Source: Candidatus Thorarchaeota archaeon
GTDB taxonomy: Archaea; Asgardarchaeota; Thorarchaeia; Thorarchaeales; Thorarchaeaceae
Reading direction: 5' to 3'
Assembly (NCBI GenBank): GCA_016840855.1
Contig: JAEORO010000165.1
Coordinates: 1 to 26,296 of the forward strand
DNA length: 26,296 bases
In this document: positions 8,042-16,380 of the stretch, piece by piece
Layout: every line of letters starts with the position of its first letter
How positions within the stretch are numbered: position 1 is the first letter of the stretch
Made by a program: the position numbers and the translations under genes
The notes under the pieces: model-generated
Told to the model about the DNA's origin: nothing
Seen by the model: the letters and a program-made list of their open reading frames with translations, nothing else
The model's database searches: none

Positions 8042-8955
8042 CAAACAAGCCTCCTAGTGACTTTTCGTGAGATAATGTTAGCAATAACATCGACTGTGAG
8101 AACCATAATCATGAGAGCGAGTGCAGTCCCATGTGCTTTTGCTTGCAGATACTCACGTGGGTCGCTGATATATGCCCAGATTGTGTAGGGCATTGATGCA
8201 ACCCAAGAGCCAGCACCAGTGAGTTCTGTAGGAACACTCAAGCTGTTTCCTGCTGTGAAGATTAGTGGAGCTGTTTCCCCCATCACACGCCCAATTGCTA
8301 GAAGAACACCAGTAATGAGTCCAGGGAATGCTGCTCTTATTGTGACATTCCAAGTTGTAGACCATTTTGTTGCACCAAGTGCTAATGATGCCTCTCTCAA
8401 TGCCATGGGTACTGCCCTAAGAGCTTCTTGAGTTGTCCGAAGAACTGTTGGTATCATCATGAACGCAAGAGTCAGACTTCCAGCAACAAGTCCCATACCC
8501 AAATGTAGGAAATCAACAAGGAATGCAAATCCAAATGCTCCAAATATAATTGAGGGAATACCTGCAAGGACATCTGAAGCAAACTCTACAATTATGCGAC
8601 CCCAACCAGGCTGAGTATATTCAGTAATGTAAACAGCGCCAAGAACACTCAGTGGGATACCAACCATGCTAGCAAGGACAATCAGTTCAACCGTACCAAC
8701 TAGGGCATTTCTAATACCACCTTCAAGACCAACTCCTGGAAATGTAGTGAAGAATTCAATACCTTGTCCCAGCCCAGTCCCAAACACTTGACTAAATCCA
8801 ATACTTGCGACCTGAATCAATACAAGGAAGAAGGGAGAAATCACAATCAAAACGACAATAGCTAGAACGATCTTGAAGAGAAAATCCATGAAATGACGAC
8901 GAGAATGGGTTGCATTCCTAAGATACGCAATCAACGTATCTTTCCAGTTGGACAT
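8041..8955 (-). CDS. pstA: Phosphate ABC transporter permease PstA
   Basis: LAGIPSIIFGAFG, EALRAVP..LREASLALGATKW, GRVMGETAPL. ATG 8955 overlaps the pstC stop (TAATG). Confidence 0.95.
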   Translation of the reverse strand: MSNWKDTLIAYLRNATHSRRHFMDFLFKIVLAIVVLIVISPFFLVLIQVASIGFSQVFGTGLGQGIEFFTTFPGVGLEGGIRNALVGTVELIVLASMVGIPLSVLGAVYITEYTQPGWGRIIVEFASDVLAGIPSIIFGAFGFAFLVDFLHLGMGLVAGSLTLAFMMIPTVLRTTQEALRAVPMALREASLALGATKWSTTWNVTIRAAFPGLITGVLLAIGRVMGETAPLIFTAGNSLSVPTELTGAGSWVASMPYTIWAYISDPREYLQAKAHGTALALMIMVLTVDVIANIISRKVTRRLV

Positions 8956-10001
8956 TAGATATACCCCCTTGTCTTCATTCCCCATCGGATGAAGAATTTT
9001 GCAGTCAATGTGAAGCAAATAGACATGATCATGAGAACTAGTCCGACTGCAAAGAGAGCTGACCTCCATAACGGAAACACAAACGCATATCCCAACTGAT
9101 TTGTGATAATGCTAGTCATAACGTATGTTGGATCGAATAATGTGTAAGGAATTTGTAGAGAGTTTCCTGTGACTAGCAACACAGCCATTGTTTCTCCAAC
9201 AGCTCTCCCCAAAGCTAGTACTATTGCAGCGCCAACACCTGGTAATGCAGCTGAAATCACGATTTTTCTGGCAGTTTCGCTTTGAGTCGCTCCAAGAGCG
9301 AAGGAAGCTTCTCGAAGACTCAAAGGCACAGTCTGCAATGCATCATTTGTTATTGTCACTATTGTTGGTAGTAACATGATTGCTAGTATCACCCCTCCAG
9401 CTAGAAGGCTCAGTCCGTTTGTATCACCTTGGAACCAAGGCATCCATGCAGTGAGAGGATTACTCTGAACCCCTGGAGCGAGAACATCCTTGATGAATGG
9501 AACCATCACAACATATGCCCATAAGCCATAAACGATTGACGGAATCGCCGCCATCATTTCTGTAATCATTTTGATAGGTGTGCGCAGCTTCATTGGACAA
9601 AATTCTGAGAGGAAGATTGCACCACCAATGCCAAGTGGTACTGCAAGTCCAATTGCGATTGCTGTGCAAAATAAAGAACCAACAATGAATACAGCAATTC
9701 CATATAGGTTTCTATTTGGGTCCCAAGTTGGTCCAATGATGATCCCTGGTCCCCCTGCAGGATCGGTTAGAATTGGTGTGGATTCATACCAAAGAAAAGA
9801 TAGAATCAAAACAATGATGAGCGTACTAGCAAACGCAGGAACAAGCAGCAAAGCCTTTCCTAGCATATCTGTTTTTCCTGACCGATCAGCATCAAAGAAA
9901 TCAATTATGGGAACAACCAGACGTTTCAATAATTTATGAATCGGAGAATCATCTTCCGTCTTTTTTTGATGTTCAATTGCATGAGTATAAACTTTAGTCA
10001 T
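8955..10001 (-). CDS. pstC: Phosphate ABC transporter permease PstC
   Basis: AAIPSIVYGLW, LREASFALGAT, LGRAVGETMAVLLVTGN. Start set at ATG 10001, which follows GAGG. Confidence 0.95.
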   Translation of the reverse strand: MTKVYTHAIEHQKKTEDDSPIHKLLKRLVVPIIDFFDADRSGKTDMLGKALLLVPAFASTLIIVLILSFLWYESTPILTDPAGGPGIIIGPTWDPNRNLYGIAVFIVGSLFCTAIAIGLAVPLGIGGAIFLSEFCPMKLRTPIKMITEMMAAIPSIVYGLWAYVVMVPFIKDVLAPGVQSNPLTAWMPWFQGDTNGLSLLAGGVILAIMLLPTIVTITNDALQTVPLSLREASFALGATQSETARKIVISAALPGVGAAIVLALGRAVGETMAVLLVTGNSLQIPYTLFDPTYVMTSIITNQLGYAFVFPLWRSALFAVGLVLMIMSICFTLTAKFFIRWGMKTRGYI

Positions 10002-10024
10002 TAAGTGTTCCTCATCGCACAGTT

Positions 10025-11086
10025 TCAAATGGAAGGCGATAGCCACATCACAATATTGAGAGAGTAATCTTGTGCAGCAGTACCATTGATGGGTACGTAA
10101 CCTACTCTACTGATGAATCTTTGACCTTGAACAAGACACCATGTCAAGAAAGTGATTGTGTTCAGTTTCAAGTAATTTCGATTTACAAGATAAAACAAGA
10201 GTCGTGCTATTGGATAAGCTCCTTCAATTTCAGAGTTCATGATATCTTGTCCTGGACTGGTAAGATTAGATGGAATAGCTTTTACTGCATTCGAAACTGA
10301 TGGAGTAACCCATTCTCCATTACCAGGATTATACAGTTTAGCTGAAACCAAATCTTCCATAAAAGCAAGACCCACATAACCTATTGCAAGCTGATCCGCC
10401 TCAACACCAGAAGCCACCCCAGGATTACCATCTACAGCATTAACTCCTGCAGGGAATGACAACGCTTCTTCATGACCTAATAGCCATTCGTATTCTGCTG
10501 CATTTGCATTCACATTTTGATCTGCAGTTTCTAGCCATTTAGCAAAGGTTGCAGTGGTCCCACTGGCATCGGATCTGACAAAGACATCGATAGGACCAGT
10601 TTGTTGAACTATTACAGAAAAAATTGTTGAGAACTCTGCCCATGTTGTAATGTTCCTTTGAAAGATAGCCACTGCCATATCGCAATCTAGTTTGAATATT
10701 GAACCATTTACTGCTTCATTAACTACTATACTGAGAGCATCAGCAGAAATAGGTAGAATTTCAACAGTCGGATTTCCATCGATGTACTCTTGTTTGGGGT
10801 AAGAGCTAGATGCCCCAATATCAATTAAACCTTCAGCTACCAAAGATTGGCCATACCCGGACCCCCCAGAATTTAGATTGACTGTTAAACTTGGATAGAC
10901 TGCATTGAATTCGGTTGCCCAAATCTGTGAAAGGGGGTAGACCGTCGAGGAACCTGCGGTTGTAATTGTACCTTGCATCCCAGCACCAGGTGGAGGACTT
11001 ATGAAAATAATACCTCCTATACCAAGAAGAACACCGATTATCAAGCCTACAGCTAGACTGCTTTTGTGTTTCCAAATGGACTTCAT
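10025..11086 (-). CDS. pstS: Phosphate ABC transporter substrate-binding protein, N-terminal membrane anchor
   Basis: AGSSTVYP, SGGSGYG, RSDASGTT, AIGYVG, YPIARLLF; hydrophobic N-terminal helix without a lipobox Cys. Confidence 0.95.
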   Translation of the reverse strand: MKSIWKHKSSLAVGLIIGVLLGIGGIIFISPPPGAGMQGTITTAGSSTVYPLSQIWATEFNAVYPSLTVNLNSGGSGYGQSLVAEGLIDIGASSSYPKQEYIDGNPTVEILPISADALSIVVNEAVNGSIFKLDCDMAVAIFQRNITTWAEFSTIFSVIVQQTGPIDVFVRSDASGTTATFAKWLETADQNVNANAAEYEWLLGHEEALSFPAGVNAVDGNPGVASGVEADQLAIGYVGLAFMEDLVSAKLYNPGNGEWVTPSVSNAVKAIPSNLTSPGQDIMNSEIEGAYPIARLLFYLVNRNYLKLNTITFLTWCLVQGQRFISRVGYVPINGTAAQDYSLNIVMWLSPSI

Positions 11087-11236
11087 TTGCAGACTCCTCT
11101 AGATAGTATTCATATTAGCAATCAGTAGTTTCGAATTAAGGTAATCGCAATAGTTAGTAGAGAATTGAAACTCTCTGAAACTATTACAACAGAAAAACCA
11201 TGCTATCTAGTTAAATGTTAAGCATAAAAGATCTAT

Positions 11237-11554
11237 TCAGCGCATCCATCTCAAATCCTTAACAATAAAATTCGCGATAGCATCAAGATGCTTCCCTAGT
11301 TTCCTTCCTTTATTCGTAAGTATGTGGAATATCTCGTTTCCTTCTTTCTCAACGGTGATTAGCTCATTATCTAGGAGGAACTTACGAACACTTGCAACTC
11401 GCGCACCATTCAGAGCTGGCAAAGTCTTTGTCTTTAATCCAGCTGATATTATTTCATCTGCTCTTGCCTTTCCTTTAAGTCGAGTCAATAGCAAGATGAC
11501 AGTCAGTTCATACTCACCACGTAGAAGCTTCACAAAGGGACTTATTTTCACCAT
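11237..11554 (-). CDS. Winged helix-turn-helix transcriptional regulator
   Basis: 105 aa, basic; LLDNELITVEKEG...HILTNKGR matches the wing/LTxKG motif. GGAGTG RBS upstream. Confidence 0.8.
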   Translation of the reverse strand: MVKISPFVKLLRGEYELTVILLLTRLKGKARADEIISAGLKTKTLPALNGARVASVRKFLLDNELITVEKEGNEIFHILTNKGRKLGKHLDAIANFIVKDLRWMR

Positions 11555-11678
11555 AGAATCTCACTCCACAGATGGAATCTTTCTGCTTCATTAGCAAATA
11601 TAGAAATTTCCGACTTATTGCTACTACAGAAGCTAAATTTATGACTCAGACACGACCATGCATATAGTGGTGAAGGGA

Positions 11679-12515
11679 ATGGTTCAAAAACCAGATAATA
11701 CCTTAAACGATCTTGACCCGAAAGCATGGGTCAAAGCGACAAAATCATGGTTCATCATCAATCCTCGGTCAAGATCACATATGCAAATGAATCATCCTGC
11801 AAAATTCCCCGAGGAATTAGTTCAACGATTGGTCACGTATTTTACAAAGGAAGATGGTTGGGTTCTTGATCCATTTGCAGGCGTTGGAAGCACTCTTGTT
11901 GCATGCAAAGAATCTTGTAGGAATGCAATTGGAATAGAGTTGAATGAGGAATTTGTTGAGGTTGGTCAATTAGCATTAGATAGTGTTGAAGGTAATGGAT
12001 ACCAAGCTCTACTTCACGGTGATTCGAATGACGCGATTGATTTAATCTCGAAGCACTTTACAGATGAGTCACCTTTGTTTGATTATGTTATTACATCACC
12101 ACCTTATTGGAACATGTTGAGAAAATCTCGAGGTGGCAATGATTCAGTGCAAAAGCAAAGGATGCTGGATGGCCTGAAACAATATTACAGTGATTCCTCC
12201 AAAGATCTTGGAAATATCGAGGTTTATAACGAATACATAAACAGTGTATGTGGAATTTTGAATGGACTCAGTTCTCTGTTATCTGAGAAAGCCTATCTCA
12301 CTGTCGTTGCACAGAACATGAGAGATGTCGATGGGATTTTGAAGCCAATCGCTTGGGACTTGGGGAGAGAACTATCGAAGAACTATGATCTTCGCCAAGA
12401 GATGATTTGGTGTCAAGACAATAAGAGACTAGGTTGCTGGGGATATCCTACAACCTATGTTTCGAATGTCCATCACCATTATTGTATCATTCTACAGAAG
12501 AGAAAGCTTGATTGA
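11679..12515 (+). CDS. Amino-(N4C/N6A) DNA methyltransferase, orphan
   Basis: HPAKFP, VLDPFAGVGST (motif I), GIEL, ITSPPYW (motif IV). ATG 11679 follows GGTGA; alternative start at 11658. Confidence 0.88.
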   Translation: MVQKPDNTLNDLDPKAWVKATKSWFIINPRSRSHMQMNHPAKFPEELVQRLVTYFTKEDGWVLDPFAGVGSTLVACKESCRNAIGIELNEEFVEVGQLALDSVEGNGYQALLHGDSNDAIDLISKHFTDESPLFDYVITSPPYWNMLRKSRGGNDSVQKQRMLDGLKQYYSDSSKDLGNIEVYNEYINSVCGILNGLSSLLSEKAYLTVVAQNMRDVDGILKPIAWDLGRELSKNYDLRQEMIWCQDNKRLGCWGYPTTYVSNVHHHYCIILQKRKLD

Positions 12516-12577
12516 TTTTAAAGTGCAAGAGTAAATATGTCTTCAACTCACACTAATTATCGAGGATATTATGCTTC

Positions 12578-13090
12578 ATGGAAACTGCAGAGATTTTAGG
12601 AATTGATGAAGAAGACCTTCACGGGTTCATGGCAGTTCTTACGAATATTTGGGAACACGATAAGCCAATCTTTTTTCCAGAATTAAAGCTAACACTTAGT
12701 AAATATGGGGAAACACCTGAATTGCTGTTTGGGGTATACATCTATTCTGTAGGGGCTTGTATCATCGTTGCATTTCTGGAATATCAACGAGAATTATCAA
12801 CAGCAATTTTCGAGATTCATGGATTCTGCTCAGATGTGTATGATCGCCCAAGAGGAGAATTTCAATATGGAGAGAAAAGACTGAGTGATATTATCATGAA
12901 AAACGCAGGTAAGGATTACAAAGCTTTCTCTACAATTCCTCCGGGAGGTCTTTTTATCTGTCCAAAGTGTAAGGCGCAATACACATTTCGTTCCATGAAA
13001 GTTTCAGCAGAAGGACAAGTTGAGTGTCAAAATTGCGGTCGCTTAGTGAATTTTAGTAGTGATGAGGAGGAAGATACGAGAATCTCCTAA
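12578..13090 (+). CDS. Hypothetical protein with C-terminal zinc ribbon (paralog A)
   Basis: CPKCKAQY...VECQNCG; GAGG RBS upstream. Confidence 0.8.
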   Translation: METAEILGIDEEDLHGFMAVLTNIWEHDKPIFFPELKLTLSKYGETPELLFGVYIYSVGACIIVAFLEYQRELSTAIFEIHGFCSDVYDRPRGEFQYGEKRLSDIIMKNAGKDYKAFSTIPPGGLFICPKCKAQYTFRSMKVSAEGQVECQNCGRLVNFSSDEEEDTRIS

Positions 13091-13157
13091 ACTATGCTGT
13101 AACAACATTAGTGCTAAATCCTTTCAAGACAACATCAAATATGAAGGTGGGACTCTG

Positions 13158-13658
13158 GTGACTGAAACTGTTGAGCTCTTCGATTTAGAAGAAAACGAAT
13201 TCAAAACAATTCTCAACAATCTAGGAAGTATCTATAGCACCAAAAAGAATTGGTATGAAGCAGGTTTAGATCCAATATTCAAGAATTTTGGTGAACTTGA
13301 TGAACTTATGTTTGGAGTTCATTTGTTCAGTCAAGGTCAGGGAATTAGTATCTCAATCATCTTGTCTGAGTATAATAGGGACACAAAGTGTAGCATTTTC
13401 AACATTAGCAGTATCTACATGTCAGGATTATCAGCGTATTCCACTTTTAAAAAAGGTGAAATCAAAATAAAAGAAGCATTACAAGGACTCACTTTCGAAG
13501 AGCTGGAAGCCTACACTAGACAAGGAGTCTATGAAGGAAGTAACGAGATTTTTCAATGTCCTCATTGTAATGCACAATACCGATTGAGGGTGCTTCGCGT
13601 TACTGAAGATGGAAAGGTTGAGTGTCAGAACTGTGGTGTTCTTTCAGATCCCACTTAG
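13158..13658 (+). CDS. Hypothetical protein with C-terminal zinc ribbon (paralog B)
   Basis: CPHCNAQY...VECQNCG. GTG 13158 follows AGGTGG and aligns with the start of paralog A (METAEI / MTETVEL). Confidence 0.8.
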   Translation: MTETVELFDLEENEFKTILNNLGSIYSTKKNWYEAGLDPIFKNFGELDELMFGVHLFSQGQGISISIILSEYNRDTKCSIFNISSIYMSGLSAYSTFKKGEIKIKEALQGLTFEELEAYTRQGVYEGSNEIFQCPHCNAQYRLRVLRVTEDGKVECQNCGVLSDPT

Positions 13659-13720
13659 ATTAGTAAAGAAGAGAGCGCTGTTGCACACGATTCATAAGGC
13701 GCTTTAATCGCCATTGCATT

Positions 13721-14608
13721 ATGTCTGGTCGTATTCGCGATTTAGCCATTGACGATTATGAACATGTCAAAACATTATGTGAAACAATATGGGAAGGAAA
13801 CGATTACATTCCAGACATTTTTCCAGTATGGGTAAACAAACCCAATGGAAAAACCATTGGATTATTTGAGAGCGATGAACTATTAGCGATTGGGAATCTT
13901 GAGAGAATCAAGGACACTGACATAGCCTGGATTCAAGGACTTAGGGTGAAAGATGGTCATCGAGAAAAGGGATACGCTACGGTCATAACATCTGAACTAG
14001 TCAAGCAAGCTAGAAACCTTGGCATCAAACATCTATGGTATGCAACCAGTTCCAAGAATGAAGCATCTATGAGGGTTGCAGAGAAATGTGGATTTCATAT
14101 TGCAGATAGGACAGGATACTTCCGCATTTACAAACCATATCCAGACCATTCCAAGCCAAGCCTAAGCATTGTACCTCTTTCAGTGAGTCCAGAGCGGCTC
14201 TTTGAACTATTAATAAAAAATCCCGAATTAGTGGAAAGTCATATTTTTCCGCTTGCATGGCATTTTGAATTCAAAACTCAAGAAGGCCTTACTAGGCTGC
14301 TAGAGAATGCAGTTTCAAAAGTAGTGCTAGATGATTCTGGCAAGACACAGGGTCTTTACTGTTTCGTAGAGATGAAAAGAAAAGATGAACGGACAGCTGC
14401 ATTCACAGTCTTTGCAACAGACCGAGCTGTATTTGTTGATATTATGTCTAGAATGATAGATGAAGCTGAAGCAATAGACGCAGATCGAGCAGTATTCTTT
14501 CTTGGTCCGCGAGTTACAGAGTGGGCATTAAACTTGGGTTACGTTTCAGATGAATTCATCGGTCGCAAGTTCTTGCTTTATGAGTTGAATCCACGAATAA
14601 GTCGTTAA
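13721..14608 (+). CDS. GNAT family N-acetyltransferase with C-terminal extra domain
   Basis: WIQGLRVKDGHREKGYA (motif A), NEASMRVAEKCGF (motif B), N-terminal IWEGNDYIP. Confidence 0.9.
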   Translation: MSGRIRDLAIDDYEHVKTLCETIWEGNDYIPDIFPVWVNKPNGKTIGLFESDELLAIGNLERIKDTDIAWIQGLRVKDGHREKGYATVITSELVKQARNLGIKHLWYATSSKNEASMRVAEKCGFHIADRTGYFRIYKPYPDHSKPSLSIVPLSVSPERLFELLIKNPELVESHIFPLAWHFEFKTQEGLTRLLENAVSKVVLDDSGKTQGLYCFVEMKRKDERTAAFTVFATDRAVFVDIMSRMIDEAEAIDADRAVFFLGPRVTEWALNLGYVSDEFIGRKFLLYELNPRISR

Positions 14609-14638
14609 AGAAAGAAAAAAGGCTGGAATTACCAGCCT
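14608..14638 (-). terminator. Hairpin plus U-tract terminator between convergent genes
   Basis: AGGCTGG-aatta-CCAGCCT (14620-14638), followed on the minus strand by TTTTTCTTTCTTT. Confidence 0.7.
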
Positions 14639-14641
14639 ATT

Positions 14642-15004
14642 CTAACCTGGCGTGAAATGAGCTCTCACATTAGGTTGAATAAAATAGATGAAACAGATTA
14701 GACTCAGACCTACACCTGGCCAGTTTTCTCCTATTGCATAAAGAACGATTGCGAATACTGTAAATATCACAGCAATCAACCACCCAGTGTAGTCTTGTTT
14801 CAAGACCAAGAAGTAAATACCGAATCCAATCAGAGCTAGAACTGCACCTAAGAGAGATAACTCGTTCTCCCAAATTGCGTATTCAATACCTCCCACTACT
14901 AAACCAGTAATTGATTCAAGTAGTACAAAAAATGCGGCATATGTCACTTCTTTTGGTCGTGCACCTGCAGTTGTACCTGCATCAGCCATTGGAATTTCTG
15001 TCAT
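14642..15004 (-). CDS. Small integral membrane protein (about 4 TM helices)
   Basis: Four hydrophobic segments, RP motif before TM1, C-terminal PNVRAHF; GGTGA RBS. Confidence 0.8.
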   Translation of the reverse strand: MTEIPMADAGTTAGARPKEVTYAAFFVLLESITGLVVGGIEYAIWENELSLLGAVLALIGFGIYFLVLKQDYTGWLIAVIFTVFAIVLYAIGENWPGVGLSLICFIYFIQPNVRAHFTPG

Positions 15005-15064
15005 GGTATATCACCATAGATTACAAACAATTCACGATGGGTAATATTACTCTTTCGAGATGTA

Positions 15065-15559
15065 CTAAGTTTCTGTTTCATCCTCATATTCGTAGAGAAT
15101 TGACCAATGTGGAGCATAGGAGATAGGTTCGAGGTCTCTTGCTTCCAGTTCGAGCGCCTCAACCTCTGCTACAATCTTCCGGAGTGTGTACGACTTGACA
15201 CCTTCCCACCGAAGAAAATCACTAAGGTTTCGAGAGAACTCACCCTGATATCGTCCACATCGCCCTCCACAGAACACCTTGGTTTCCTCTCTAATCTCCA
15301 GAACACCTTCGCACCACTTACACACAGCTTCTATTCCATGGATAAATAACCGGCCATTGATTAGCTGAACGAATAGAACGGTTTCATCGAAATCACAGAC
15401 GCCCCAATCTTCATCTTTATTGGTCGTCTTCATCCAGAGCTTCCTCTCGGGTTTAGACCGCTTCTTTGGATTTTTTGGCGGCTCAGTGGAACTAGGTTTG
15501 GGGACTTCTTCCTCGCCCTCACCGAAATCTGAAAGTCTGGTTTGGAAGCTCCGCGTCAT
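15065..15559 (-). CDS. Hypothetical protein with N-terminal PIP-box-like motif and 4-Cys zinc finger
   Basis: QTRLSDF at residues 6-12, charged linker, CKWC...CGGRC. Confidence 0.75.
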   Translation of the reverse strand: MTRSFQTRLSDFGEGEEEVPKPSSTEPPKNPKKRSKPERKLWMKTTNKDEDWGVCDFDETVLFVQLINGRLFIHGIEAVCKWCEGVLEIREETKVFCGGRCGRYQGEFSRNLSDFLRWEGVKSYTLRKIVAEVEALELEARDLEPISYAPHWSILYEYEDETET

Positions 15560-15698
15560 GTCCGTATGTATCTGAAAGGTATTGATAAACTTCTATCACT
15601 TTGACACAAAGCTCAGAGTAAGTTGAAAGCATAATTTCCAATTTGACAGAAAGAATATCAAGAAGAAATACCTCATTCACGCTACAGGAGGATCGTGT

Positions 15699-16220
15699 TT
15701 GCAATTTCTGGATTCTTACTTCTTGATGATTATGATACTTCTTGTCATCTTCGTGCTAGTGTTCATATTTTCTGGATTAATGGTACTAAAGGAGTGGGAA
15801 CGTGTTGTAATCTTTCGTCTTGGAAAGTACCTTGGAGTAAAAGGTCCCGGGATAATTTGGAAATTGCCAATTTTGGACTATGTTGTCTTGAAGGCATCCC
15901 TGCAAGAACAATCGACAGATGTAGACACTGGAAGGTACATTTCATCTGAAGGTTCAACTCAGAGAGTGGTAGGCCTAGTTACATGGAGGATTGATGATCT
16001 CAAGAAGTATGCACTCAGCATAGACAACCATCAGCAGTCTATAGCCATCGCGATCCACCATCATGTGCTAAAAGATGCGGAGTCAATGATGAGCGATGCA
16101 GCCTATATTGATGTTGATGAATTGAACTCAGAAGTTGAGGAAGCTCTTGAAAGCACATTTTCTAAGTGGGGACTCCAAATAATTAAAATCGACCTTCATA
16201 TGGCTCGTTATTTTGGATAA
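15699..16220 (+). CDS. SPFH/band-7 (stomatin-like) membrane protein, short form
   Basis: TM helix then LKEWERVVIFRLGKYLGVKGPG..LPILD, ending KWGLQIIKIDL. GGAGG RBS before TTG. Confidence 0.88.
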   Translation: MQFLDSYFLMIMILLVIFVLVFIFSGLMVLKEWERVVIFRLGKYLGVKGPGIIWKLPILDYVVLKASLQEQSTDVDTGRYISSEGSTQRVVGLVTWRIDDLKKYALSIDNHQQSIAIAIHHHVLKDAESMMSDAAYIDVDELNSEVEEALESTFSKWGLQIIKIDLHMARYFG

Positions 16221-16223
16221 TAT

Positions 16224-16262
16224 GAGGGGTTAACAAGTTAACCCTCCTTTTCTGCTCTTTCT
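16224..16262 (+). terminator. Hairpin plus pyrimidine tract after the SPFH gene
   Basis: GGGTTAA-caag-TTAACCC followed by TCCTTTTCTGCTCTTTCT. Confidence 0.65.
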
Positions 16263-16292
16263 TAAACTTCATTCTAATATTACTAGAGAGGC

Positions 16293-16369
16293 CATACCCA
16301 ATTTCTGAGTCGCGGAAAATCTGGAAAATCATATACAAATAATCTATTCAACATACCCATTTTCTGAGT
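16293..16369. repeat. 18-bp intergenic direct repeat (17/18 identical), 41-bp spacer
   Basis: CATACCCAATTTCTGAGT at 16293-16310 and CATACCCATTTTCTGAGT at 16352-16369. Confidence 0.85.
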
Positions 16370-16380
16370 ATAGATTTCTC

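Noticed and set aside
16293-16369. Mini CRISPR array
   Set aside because: Only two units of 18 bp (too short), and no cas genes in the window.
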